NCBI GenBank assembly: GCA_963706325.1
Contig: CAVPLT010000007.1
Location: 224,001 to 288,000 of the forward strand
DNA length: 64,000 bases
Reading direction: 5' to 3'
Source of the DNA: an uncultured Nitrospiraceae bacterium
GTDB lineage: Bacteria; Nitrospirota; Nitrospiria; Nitrospirales; Nitrospiraceae
Below, in pieces: positions 42,465 to 52,000 of the stretch. Made by a program: the position numbers and the translations under genes. Within the stretch, counting starts at the first letter, position 1, and the number at the start of each line of letters is the position of its first letter. Under the pieces are notes generated by a model, which saw only the letters and a list, made by a program, of their open reading frames with translations, made no database searches and had not been told where the DNA came from.

Positions 42465-43415
42465 ATGGCGAATAAGCAGGTGATCGCGGTCGTTGGGGCG
42501 ACAGGGATGCAGGGCGGTGGATTAGTGCGGGCGATTCTGGCCGATCAAGCGAGTGGTCTAGCGGTTCGCGCGTTGACGCGGAATGTGAATTCGAAGGAAG
42601 CAAAGGAACTTGCACGACTGGGAGCGGAGGTGGTGACGGCCGACGTCCATGACGTTGACAGTCTCAAGCGTGCCTTTGCCGGAGCGTATGGAGCGTTTTG
42701 TGTGACATTTTTCTGGGCGCACATGTCGCCGGAGAAGGAATTCGCCGAGGCCCAGGCTATGGTCACTGCGGCCAAGGCAACAGGTGTGAAGCATGTCATA
42801 TGGTCGACGCTGGAAGATACTCGACGATGGATTCCTCTCACAGACAATCGCATGCCGACGCTGATGGGGAAGTATAAGGTGCCCCATTTTGATGTGAAGG
42901 GTGAAGCGGATGAACTATTTAAGCAGCTCGGCGTGCCGACGACATGTTTGCTGACCTCCTTCTATTGGGACAATCTCATCCATTTCGGCATGGGCCCGAA
43001 AAAAGGTTCGGACGGCAGGCTTGAGTTCACCCTGCCCATGGGTGAGGCGAAGCTGCCGGGTATCGCGGCTGAAGACATCGGAAAGTGTGCGCTGGGGTTG
43101 TTCAAAAAGCGGGACACGTATCTCGGCAAGACTGTCGGTGTGGCGGGGGAGCATCTCACCGGAACCCAAATGGCCGCTGCGCTTACGCAGGCGCTCGGTC
43201 AAGAGGTGCGATACAACTCGGTACCTCCGGAGGTGTATCGGACGTTTGGGTTTCCCGGGGCCGATGATTTGGGCAACATGTTTCAATTCAAGCGCGACTT
43301 TGCCTTGGCATTCTGCAGCGCCCGGGATCCGGCCTTTGCTCGAACCCTCAATCCCGGATTACAGACATTTGCGCAATGGCTGGAGGCGAACAAGGCGCGC
43401 ATTCCACTCTCTTAG
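42465..43415 (+). CDS. NmrA/HSCARG family NAD(P)-binding protein
   Basis: VVGATGMQGG, VPHFDVK; AAGGAG RBS. Confidence 0.92.
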   Translation: MANKQVIAVVGATGMQGGGLVRAILADQASGLAVRALTRNVNSKEAKELARLGAEVVTADVHDVDSLKRAFAGAYGAFCVTFFWAHMSPEKEFAEAQAMVTAAKATGVKHVIWSTLEDTRRWIPLTDNRMPTLMGKYKVPHFDVKGEADELFKQLGVPTTCLLTSFYWDNLIHFGMGPKKGSDGRLEFTLPMGEAKLPGIAAEDIGKCALGLFKKRDTYLGKTVGVAGEHLTGTQMAAALTQALGQEVRYNSVPPEVYRTFGFPGADDLGNMFQFKRDFALAFCSARDPAFARTLNPGLQTFAQWLEANKARIPLS

Positions 43416-43522
43416 CCGAGAAGTCGGGTGCTCTCGATGAATGGCAGGCGGAAATTAACATCGCTGGTGGTGAACATCGCGTACGCAGATGCCGCGCGTA
43501 TGCTCAATGCGAGAGCATTCTT

Positions 43523-43725
43523 GCAGGTGGCTGAAAAAGGTCGCCAGCGAGACCGTAACGAGGTCCACGGCGCGAAGGATAATGAGCGCCACGTTAGTCG
43601 ACGCCGGCTAGACGGTGAGCAGGCCGTGTCCGGCGCAGAGGCGTCAGGTTATTGCTCCCCGCCCCGGTACGGTGAAGGACTGGACAATGCGAGAGCCAAG
43701 CCGGCGGCCCTTTTCAGCCACCTGC
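43523..43725. repeat. MITE-like inverted-repeat element (203 bp)
   Basis: GCAGGTGGCTGAAAAAGGTCGCCAGC ... GCCGGCGGCCCTTTTCAGCCACCTGC, 23/26 complementary with the first 15 perfect. Confidence 0.8.
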
Positions 43726-43955
43726 TAAGACGGAACTTTCTGTTGCAGCTTCTGTTTGTTAGCCTGGCAAGAGAGCTTGAGGGGGTTACATCGGACGCGC
43801 TGGATCTTGATCGAGCGCGAGCCGTAAGCTCCTACAACGATTTTTGATTCGGACGAGCGCTCTCCATCCACGAATCCCGGGAGTGAGGCCAGCGTCGTTA
43901 GAATACAGATGGAGAGGACCGCGACGAACCATGCAAGGTAGATTGAGTACCGCAT
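43725..43955 (-). CDS. Possible small membrane/secreted protein
   Basis: 76-aa ORF with N-terminal hydrophobic helix; weak RBS. Confidence 0.3.
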   Translation of the reverse strand: MRYSIYLAWFVAVLSICILTTLASLPGFVDGERSSESKIVVGAYGSRSIKIQRVRCNPLKLSCQANKQKLQQKVPS

Positions 43956-44261
43956 GGCTTATTCGTACCAGAAAAAGCTGAGGAGTCAACGAAACGGTCG
44001 TTCTCAGTCTTGGCATGCTTTGCAACGTCGGGGTGAAGTCGCGGCAAGCTGCGAGTCCTGAACGTCTCGCACATTGCGCGCCTCATACGCTATCGGTACA
44101 AACCGTCTCGCACGTCCCCGGTTGAATGCGGGCTTCGGCACGTGAATGGTCCGATGCCGTTGTCGTTCTGTATATTGCCAGCTCGATCGGGATCGGACTC
44201 TATGCAGCGCCCCTGTGTCCATAACACCAAAGACTTTGCCTAGTCTGACGCTGTCTCGGGC

Positions 44262-46613
44262 CTAGGTTTCGTGGAGGATTTCATACACCGTGTGGAGTAA
44301 GTCGTCGGGCGAAAATGGCTTTTGTAGAAATGTGGCCTGACCATGGGATTCATCGCCCGTGATGGGCGTGCTTTCGCTGTAGCCGGACATATAAATTACC
44401 TTCAACCCCTGGGAGAGGCCTCGAAGCTGCATCACCAATTCTTTTCCGTTCATGCCCGGCATCACCAAATCGGTTACGACTAGATCAATGCGCAAGTCCT
44501 GACGACGCATCAAATCCAACGCCTGGAACCCATCCCCCGCCTCATGCACAGTATAACCATGTGTCCGGAGAATATGCTGGGTTAACAGCCGCACCGATGG
44601 CTCGTCCTCTACCAGGAGAATGACTTCGGTTCCCGGCTGGCCGTCGAGTGCGGGAGCAACGGGCGGAAGGCTAGTGCGCGGGGGAGTGACTTCCGGTAGG
44701 AACACCGTCATCGTGGTGCCCTGTCCCACCGCGCTCTCCACCGCAATTCTTCCTCCGCTCTGATGGACGATGCCATAGACCGTCGACAGGCCGAGGCCGG
44801 TTCCCTGTCCCACGGGTTTGGTCGTGAAGAACGGCTCAAAGATTTTGGGCTTGGCGGTGGAATCGATGCCGACGCCCGTGTCGTGCACGCGCAGGCGCAC
44901 ATAGGTGCGGGCGCTGCGTGAGCCATGTGCCGGTCCCCAGATCGGGTCCGGAAAGACTTGGTCTGTGTCGATGGTGAGGGTGCCTCCATGCGGCATCGCG
45001 TCACGGGCATTGACGGCGAGATTGAGAAGGATCTGTTCGAGTTGCACTGCGTCGACCTTGACCCAGCGCGGCGCGGCGTCGAGCTGCAGGACGATCGTGA
45101 TGTGTTCACCGATCAGGCTTTTCAACAGTGCCAGAAGATCCCGGATGACTCGATGGAGATCGAGTGAGACGGGGTGAAGCATCTGCTTGCGGCTGAAGGT
45201 CAGCAGCTGATTGGTGAGCGCCGCACAGCGTTCGCCGGCGCGCTGAATTTCCTGCACGAATTGGCGGGCCGAGGAATTCTGACTCACCTCTTGAAGGAGC
45301 ACGGCGCTGTAGCCAAGGATGACGGTCATGACATTATTGAAGTCGTGCGCCACCCCCCCGGCCAAACGTCCCACGGCTTCCATCTTCTGCGCTTGGCGTA
45401 ACTGATCTTCCAATTCGCGGGCTTCCGTAATGTCTTCGGTGATGCCGCTCAAGCTGTCGACTTCTCCGCTCATGGTACGGTGGATGACCATGCGGTCGTG
45501 AATCCAGCGGACCTGTCCATCGGGACGCACAATCCGATACAACTGCTGAAGATCATGTCCCGTGGGATTGGCGATTTCCACATCATAGGCTTCGGTGACT
45601 GCTTGTCGATCATCCGGATGGATACAGTCCCGCCAGAGTTTTGGATTGTCGTAAAACTGCGCGGCCGGCATGCCCCAGATTCGCTCGAACGCCGGATTCA
45701 CGTATGTGACCTGCGGCGGTTGAGCCTGGGCGAACCAGACACCCTGATTGAGATTGTCGGTGAGGTCGTTAAAACGTTGTTCGCTGGAGAGCAGGGCTCC
45801 TTCTGTTCGACGATGTTCCGTCACTTCGCCCTGAAGGCTGGCGTTGGCTTGCGCGAGATCGGCGGTGCGTTCGGCGATGCGTCGTTCGAGGTCGCTCTGC
45901 GCGGTGCGCAGCTGTTCTTCGACCAGGCGCCGATCGTGGATTTCTTTCGTGATTTCCTGATTCAGCCGTTCCACGGCTTCAGTGCGCATCGTCAGCGACT
46001 TGACCAGCGACAGGTTTTCCAACCGCAAGCTCATCGATGCGAGCATCACGCGGTTAAAGGTCCAGGCCGACCGAACCGTGGCGAGGAGAAAGAGCGTACC
46101 CATGATTCCCATGATGAGGTGGAACTCATGCCGGCTCAGAAAGAGATGGCCGAGGAGAGGAAGGGTTACCGGTAAGGCATAACTAATGAACAGGGGAAAG
46201 GAGACCGAGAGGACGGAGACCGCCCCGGCCGTCATGCCTCCCAGCACGAATATCTGCACCAACTCGTAAGGGAGCGGAATTTCAGGCGCGAAAAAATACA
46301 CACTGCTTCCCCATCCGATGCCGGACAGGGCGGTAGTCAGGAACATCCAGCGTTGCCAGTCCTTGGCGCCCCAGGAGGAGGGGGTCGCTCGGCGATAGTT
46401 GAAGATCAGTATCGCCCGCAGGGCTGCGACGACCCATATGGCACCCACCCACACAAGCAACGACGGATGTGAAACAACCGGCCATTCCACCGCGGCGAGG
46501 ATGGCGGCGTTGAGGGCGCTGGCGATCACGCCCGTAGGCATGTTGCGATACAGGAGTTGCACCTGTTCGGCTTGTAAAGCCGAGGGGAGATTGACCTGGC
46601 GGGGGCGATCCAT
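44262..46613 (-). CDS. Hybrid sensor histidine kinase (TM-PAS-HisKA-HATPase-REC)
   Basis: Multiple TM, PAS (IHPDD), GGVAHDFNN, NARDAM, GTGLGL, C-terminal receiver. Confidence 0.95.
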   Translation of the reverse strand: MDRPRQVNLPSALQAEQVQLLYRNMPTGVIASALNAAILAAVEWPVVSHPSLLVWVGAIWVVAALRAILIFNYRRATPSSWGAKDWQRWMFLTTALSGIGWGSSVYFFAPEIPLPYELVQIFVLGGMTAGAVSVLSVSFPLFISYALPVTLPLLGHLFLSRHEFHLIMGIMGTLFLLATVRSAWTFNRVMLASMSLRLENLSLVKSLTMRTEAVERLNQEITKEIHDRRLVEEQLRTAQSDLERRIAERTADLAQANASLQGEVTEHRRTEGALLSSEQRFNDLTDNLNQGVWFAQAQPPQVTYVNPAFERIWGMPAAQFYDNPKLWRDCIHPDDRQAVTEAYDVEIANPTGHDLQQLYRIVRPDGQVRWIHDRMVIHRTMSGEVDSLSGITEDITEARELEDQLRQAQKMEAVGRLAGGVAHDFNNVMTVILGYSAVLLQEVSQNSSARQFVQEIQRAGERCAALTNQLLTFSRKQMLHPVSLDLHRVIRDLLALLKSLIGEHITIVLQLDAAPRWVKVDAVQLEQILLNLAVNARDAMPHGGTLTIDTDQVFPDPIWGPAHGSRSARTYVRLRVHDTGVGIDSTAKPKIFEPFFTTKPVGQGTGLGLSTVYGIVHQSGGRIAVESAVGQGTTMTVFLPEVTPPRTSLPPVAPALDGQPGTEVILLVEDEPSVRLLTQHILRTHGYTVHEAGDGFQALDLMRRQDLRIDLVVTDLVMPGMNGKELVMQLRGLSQGLKVIYMSGYSESTPITGDESHGQATFLQKPFSPDDLLHTVYEILHET

Positions 46614-46727
46614 GATCAGGTCTCGTTCGATTGTAAACCTATGATCTGCCAGGCTGACACTGCATGGTCAGGCATAGGAGCGCATCGTGACAGAAGGTGG
46701 TATCGCATGATCCTCGGAAAGCTCGGC

Positions 46728-48218
46728 CTAAAAGTTTACGCGTAGATTGAGGGAGCCCACATGCAAGGTGCTTCGATAGGTGCCGTTGACGGTCGGGTTC
46801 ACATTGCCGGCTATGGTTCTTGCTTCATACAGGATGGCTTGGTAGGCCAGATCGATGCCGAAGCCCTTCGGACTGAGGGGCTTGTCTGACCCACCGCAGG
46901 GAATGATACCCAGAAATCGGCCCTTCTCCCGGCACATGAACCCCACTCCGGTGGAGATGGCATGTTGGTCGCTGTCGGGAATGGCGGGGTTGTAGGTTTG
47001 GTCCGGAATCGCTTTCTGAGCATGCCAGTAGCCGGCGCGTAAAGCGATGTCCCAATCCGGGAGTGGCTCGGGTTTGAGCCATTTGTATTCCGTCCCGATC
47101 ATGACGGTGTAGCCGCTCATCCAGTTGGCGGGGTTAGCGATGGTGAGTCCGTTAGAGAGGGTCGTATCTAAATTGCGAACCGATTTCCAGCCGGTATAGT
47201 CGACGTCCAATTCCAATTTCCATTCACGATCTTTATGGCGGACCGGCCATACGGCGATGCCGCCGGTGAAGATCTGTGGGAGGACAAGGGTGGTGCGGGT
47301 ATCCGCGACATGGGTGCCGCCGGCGAGCAACTGGCCGTCGAGATGCAGCGTTGCCTGGCTGCGATAAATAAGGCCGATGTTGACAAGAGGCAGCCCGTCT
47401 TCGTTTCGCAGCGGGGTATAGAGCAGGCTGACGTTGAAGCCCGCAGCGGTATCACGGCCGTTCAATTCCATGCCGGTCCCCGCCGGTATGCCAAGCCCGC
47501 CAGGCCAGCGAAATTGGCGTTCTACCTGCCCTTCGCCGAAGGCCCCTGAAAACGTATAGATATCCGCTCCCACACCAATGGCCAGATCAGGAAGTGGCCT
47601 GAAGGCGATGGAGGGGCGAATGTCGATGAGTTCCAATGCGGCTTTGGTGGTGGCGGTGGCGAATGGACCGCTGTCGGGCCAGCGAGTCAACGTTCCGAAT
47701 GGATTAAATACGGCCAGGCCGACGGTGGTGCTGTCCGAGGAGCCGATCCCCAGATCTTTTAAGTTGGCGGTGAGATACAGGTTTGAGGGCGGTGGAAGCG
47801 CCACGCTGCCGCGAAGATCCCCGTTCGTCTGAGTGCCCGCCGCGTTCTGGAACGAGAAACCTCCGCCGATGAGCGTAGTGCCGGCCGAGAACTGGACTCC
47901 CCGGAGTTGAGTCATGCCTGCCGGATTATAGTATCCCGCTGAGGCGTCATCGGCTTGAGCCGTGAACGCGGACGCCTGACCGGTGGCCGACGCGCTGTGA
48001 TCGTAGAGGCGAAAACTTCCGGCACTGACTGGCGATGGGACCATTGTCACCACACCAGCCATCAGCGCGCAACAGACTAAGAGCAGGTACGCGGACCCCA
48101 CCCAGGGGTGAGACGAACGGTCTTTGACCACGCATGAATAGCGAGCGTGGGGCAGGCGTGAACGGTATGGATGACTGGAACCAAATGGACGTATTGAGGT
48201 CACCGGCGCAAGCCCCAT
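46728..48218 (-). CDS. OmpP1/FadL/TodX family outer-membrane transporter (true start probably downstream)
   Basis: ADDASAGYYNPAG hatch motif; C-terminal Phe. Confidence 0.9.
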   Translation of the reverse strand: MGLAPVTSIRPFGSSHPYRSRLPHARYSCVVKDRSSHPWVGSAYLLLVCCALMAGVVTMVPSPVSAGSFRLYDHSASATGQASAFTAQADDASAGYYNPAGMTQLRGVQFSAGTTLIGGGFSFQNAAGTQTNGDLRGSVALPPPSNLYLTANLKDLGIGSSDSTTVGLAVFNPFGTLTRWPDSGPFATATTKAALELIDIRPSIAFRPLPDLAIGVGADIYTFSGAFGEGQVERQFRWPGGLGIPAGTGMELNGRDTAAGFNVSLLYTPLRNEDGLPLVNIGLIYRSQATLHLDGQLLAGGTHVADTRTTLVLPQIFTGGIAVWPVRHKDREWKLELDVDYTGWKSVRNLDTTLSNGLTIANPANWMSGYTVMIGTEYKWLKPEPLPDWDIALRAGYWHAQKAIPDQTYNPAIPDSDQHAISTGVGFMCREKGRFLGIIPCGGSDKPLSPKGFGIDLAYQAILYEARTIAGNVNPTVNGTYRSTLHVGSLNLRVNF

Positions 48219-48258
48219 TCAATTAGATCTAGGTACTAGAGCGTAGAGCCTCTTTGAC

Positions 48259-50682
48259 ATGGCGCCATCTAAGAGGATGGGCCGTTGTTTGTCAAGCTTG
48301 CCACATGACTCCGTCTATTCGGCTCGGTCTGCCGGATGTGATTTCATGCGAGAGATCGCGTATGCTTCCGGACATGGGGATGCGGGAGTGACGTTCGGCA
48401 GGTCTTGGGTCGTGCGAGGGTTCCTGATCGTGGTCGGCGTCGCCATGCTGGCCGTGGGGATGGCAATGAGCTATGGCTTGTACTTATCAGCCAGCCTGGC
48501 CTTGCCCGCGGGCGACGAACATCCTCCCCGCCTCATTTACGGCGCCCCGTTTCTCCTCAAGCCGGATCTGGACATCACCTCGTCGCATCTCCTCGAACGT
48601 CTTCATCAGCTGGGGTATCGCGCGGTCGACAGGGCAGTGGCCGAACCCGGTGATTATCGGGTGACGCCTGCCGAGATCGATATTTACCTGCATGAGTTTG
48701 CCGATTTTCATCTCAGACCCGTCCAGGCTCGGTTGATCCTGGAACAGGGGAGGGTGGCGAAGGTCCTGTCGATTCAGGGAGACGAGCTATTTCCCGCCTA
48801 TTTGGAGCCCCAGCTGATCAGCGGACTGCGCGGCGCCTCGAGACAGGTTCGGGAATGGGTTGCCTACGACGACATGCCGGCCCAGTTCATTGATGTGTTG
48901 CTGGCGATCGAAGACCGGCGATTTTTCAGCCATCCCGGCCTCGATCTTGTAGCCGTCGCCCGAGCGGTGTGGACGAACGTGGCTCGCGGGACGGTCATTC
49001 AGGGCGGCAGCACAATCACGCAACAGTTGGCCAAGAATCTCTTCTATTCTCCGCAGCGCACATTCGGAAGAAAGCTCAAGGAGTCCATCGCGGCCTTGGT
49101 GTTGGAAGTGAAGTATTCCAAGAAAGCGATTCTCGAAAGTTATGTGAACGAGATTTACCTCGGCCAGGTTGGCTCCGTCTCGATCTACGGAGTGGGGGAG
49201 GCGGCCCATCGGTATTTCGGGAAGCGCATGAATGCGCTCAACCTGGAGGAAACCGCGGTGTTGGTGGGGATGATCAAGGGTCCGAATACCTATTCACCAC
49301 TCAGGAATGCGGCTATGGCCAAGTCTCGACGAGATGTGGTGTTAGGGCGGCTGCACGGCCAGGGACATCTCAACGATGATGACTGGAAGCAAGCGGTGAT
49401 GACACCAGTCCAGGTCTTACTGCCACAAGAGACGCTGGCCGACGCACCCTTTTTCGTCGATTATCTTTTGCGACAGATGGAAGAGACGACGGGCGCGCCG
49501 CTGCCGGACGGCGTCAGAGTGTATACGACGCTCGATCCGATCTTGCAGGGGTTAGCGACACGAGCCGTGCGAGAGGGACTCGCCAAACTGGAGACCACCT
49601 ACCCTGCGCTGACGATCCACGGGGATACGGTGCAAGGCGCGCTGGTCGCGGTCGATCCGACGACCGGAGCCATTCTCGCGATGGTGGGCAGTCGCGATTA
49701 TCGAGGCAGTCAGTTCAATCGGGCCGTGCAGTCAAAACGCCAGCCCGGCTCGTTGTTTAAGCCTCTGGTGTATCTCGCAGCGCTGGATGCTCACCGCGAG
49801 GTGCCCGGTGGGCAGACTGTCACGGCCGCGACGTTGATCGTGGATGAGCCGGTCACCTTCGAATCCGGCGCAGGAGTGTGGGCGCCGCAGAATTACGACC
49901 ATCGATTTCATGGGACCGTTTCCCTTCGGACTGCGCTGGAACAATCACTGAACGTGCCGGCCGTGAAGCTGGCGAAGATGGTGGGAACAAAGCGTATCGT
50001 GCAGTTGGCACAAAGTTTGGGAATCCGTAGCCCATTGGCGGATAATCTGTCTCTCGCGTTAGGGACGTCCGGCGTCTCGCTGCTGGAAATCACTTCTGCG
50101 TTCGGAGCGTTGGCGTATGGGGGGGTCTTCGTCGCACCGACAGCGGCCCAGGCCCTGATGACGCCTGAAGGAGATCCCTTGTGGCGTCATACACCAGAGA
50201 GGCGTCAAGCGGTGTCTCCGCAAGCGACGCACGTCATGACGTCCTTGCTCACGGGGGTGGTCGAGCGCGGCACGGCGGCGAAAGCCAAGGCGATGGGCTT
50301 GCGCAGCGGGGTGGCAGGAAAAACCGGCACGACGGATGGTTATCGAGATGCCTGGTTCGTCGGTTACACCTCCGACGTGGTGGTCGGCGTGTGGGTGGGA
50401 TTCGATGACGAAGAGGCGCTGCATTTGACGGGGGCGCAAGCTGCGCTGCCGCTGTGGGTGGGGTTCATGCGTCAGATCCTCCCGTCCGTCCCACATGTGC
50501 TGACGAGGCCATCGGGTGTGGTCACGCGCGAAATCGATCCCACGACGGCGCAATTGGCCACCTCCAAATGTCTGCAACGTGTACCGGAGCTGTTTATCGA
50601 GGGGACGGAACCCACGGTCTACTGTGAAGTACACGGCAGCGGATTCTGGGAGCGGTTGAAGCGCGGTTTTGATTTTTTCTAG
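48259..50682 (+). CDS. mrcB: Class A penicillin-binding protein 1B-like (start uncertain)
   Basis: UB2H-like region; EDRRF, GGSTITQQLAKN; SLFK, SLN, KTG. Confidence 0.9.
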   Translation: MAPSKRMGRCLSSLPHDSVYSARSAGCDFMREIAYASGHGDAGVTFGRSWVVRGFLIVVGVAMLAVGMAMSYGLYLSASLALPAGDEHPPRLIYGAPFLLKPDLDITSSHLLERLHQLGYRAVDRAVAEPGDYRVTPAEIDIYLHEFADFHLRPVQARLILEQGRVAKVLSIQGDELFPAYLEPQLISGLRGASRQVREWVAYDDMPAQFIDVLLAIEDRRFFSHPGLDLVAVARAVWTNVARGTVIQGGSTITQQLAKNLFYSPQRTFGRKLKESIAALVLEVKYSKKAILESYVNEIYLGQVGSVSIYGVGEAAHRYFGKRMNALNLEETAVLVGMIKGPNTYSPLRNAAMAKSRRDVVLGRLHGQGHLNDDDWKQAVMTPVQVLLPQETLADAPFFVDYLLRQMEETTGAPLPDGVRVYTTLDPILQGLATRAVREGLAKLETTYPALTIHGDTVQGALVAVDPTTGAILAMVGSRDYRGSQFNRAVQSKRQPGSLFKPLVYLAALDAHREVPGGQTVTAATLIVDEPVTFESGAGVWAPQNYDHRFHGTVSLRTALEQSLNVPAVKLAKMVGTKRIVQLAQSLGIRSPLADNLSLALGTSGVSLLEITSAFGALAYGGVFVAPTAAQALMTPEGDPLWRHTPERRQAVSPQATHVMTSLLTGVVERGTAAKAKAMGLRSGVAGKTGTTDGYRDAWFVGYTSDVVVGVWVGFDDEEALHLTGAQAALPLWVGFMRQILPSVPHVLTRPSGVVTREIDPTTAQLATSKCLQRVPELFIEGTEPTVYCEVHGSGFWERLKRGFDFF

Positions 50683-50768
50683 AACCGATCGAAAAGCTGG
50701 TGTAGGCTCGATTCATGTCGGGATGGTTCTCCAGTTTATCGGCCGCGGTCGACCACAAGGAGTTCGTA

Positions 50769-51209
50769 ATGATGAAGAAGTCCGATTTTGTGGAAAGCGA
50801 TAATATTACATTGTTGGCCAAAGGCGTGCTGCTCCGGGGGGAGATGCGGGTTGAGGGAACGGTCCGCATCGATGGGCGCCTGGAGGGAGATCTTCACACT
50901 GCCGGCACCGTTGTGATCGGTGAGGACGGCGTCGTTCAAGGAACGATCCATGCCGGAACTATCATCAGCAGCGGGAAAATCAAGGCGACGGTGACCGCAA
51001 CAGAACGACTGCAGTTACTGAAAACCGGCATCCTCGTCGGTGAAGTCCATGCCCCGGCATTTTCCATGGAGGATGGCGCGAAGTTCCAAGGCCTGTCGGA
51101 CATGGGCGTCGCATCCTGGGGCGACGACGCGCAAAAACTTCCCGGCAATGTGCGGGATATTTCCGCTCAGCGCCCCAAGGCGCTCGTGGCGCTCGGCGAA
51201 AACGCCTGA
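50769..51209 (+). CDS. Bactofilin (polymer-forming cytoskeletal protein)
   Basis: VRIDGRLEG...VIGEDGVVQG...GAKFQG. Confidence 0.9.
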   Translation: MMKKSDFVESDNITLLAKGVLLRGEMRVEGTVRIDGRLEGDLHTAGTVVIGEDGVVQGTIHAGTIISSGKIKATVTATERLQLLKTGILVGEVHAPAFSMEDGAKFQGLSDMGVASWGDDAQKLPGNVRDISAQRPKALVALGENA

Positions 51210-51406
51210 TCGTATCGACGGTCCAAGCCGGACACCATTGAGTCGGGTTTCTTCGTCGTTCCTCCCCACGTCCTTCGCTGTCAGTACATGTTCCGCCCGG
51301 CCTCTGCCGTGCGCTCTCCCTCCCCTCACCATCGCCCGCAATTCCCCCAACAATGGCTTCCGGCCTGTGCAGGGTGAGCGCGTGCAGATGCCGCTCAGCA
51401 GCTTGG

Positions 51407-52000
51407 TTAATCCAACGGTATTGTGATCGTCATTCCACCCATCACGTCGTTGCGCCTGAAGTCTCGTTTGGGACTGAGGGGGTGATCGTTATGACATTTG
51501 ACACAGGCGTCTGAGATTGCGCGATCAGGATACACCGCCTGGAAAAATTGTTTTCGGCCGCTAGAGACAATCCCCGTAAAGGGACGGTCTGGCGTCTGCG
51601 CAAAACTCTCCAGTGCCCGGCGTTCCAGGTCGGTGGCGGGGGCATTGCGCTGGTATACCGGCCAGAGGCTGATGAGGCGGTATCGAATACCTCGCCCTGA
51701 TTCAGCGACAAGCTTTCCCGAATGTTGGAGGAACTGGGCGGGAAGCGGCAAGGCATTTTCTTGTTCCCAATGTTCGGCGGCCGACACGATCGATTTGGCC
51801 TGCATCCGATTGACGACCTGATTGGTATAGATCGTGCGATCCGCGTCCAATACCGCATGCACGTAGTCTGCGACTTTTTCCGGAGGAATCCCAGTGGGCG
51901 GCTGGACATCCTTCGCCTGCAGCGAATAGGAGGAAGCGCAGGCCAGAATCAGGGCGCACCAGAGCGGTCGTGCTTGGATGATTGTTAGGATGGAACGCAT
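51407..52000 (-). CDS. DUF3365 (Tll0287-like) heme-c protein
   Basis: Signal peptide; YRLISLWP...NAP; CVKCH; DVMGG. Confidence 0.85.
   Translation of the reverse strand: MRSILTIIQARPLWCALILACASSYSLQAKDVQPPTGIPPEKVADYVHAVLDADRTIYTNQVVNRMQAKSIVSAAEHWEQENALPLPAQFLQHSGKLVAESGRGIRYRLISLWPVYQRNAPATDLERRALESFAQTPDRPFTGIVSSGRKQFFQAVYPDRAISDACVKCHNDHPLSPKRDFRRNDVMGGMTITIPLD

Noticed and set aside
43428..43847. 139-aa ORF
   Set aside because: Runs through the inverted-repeat element; likely spurious.
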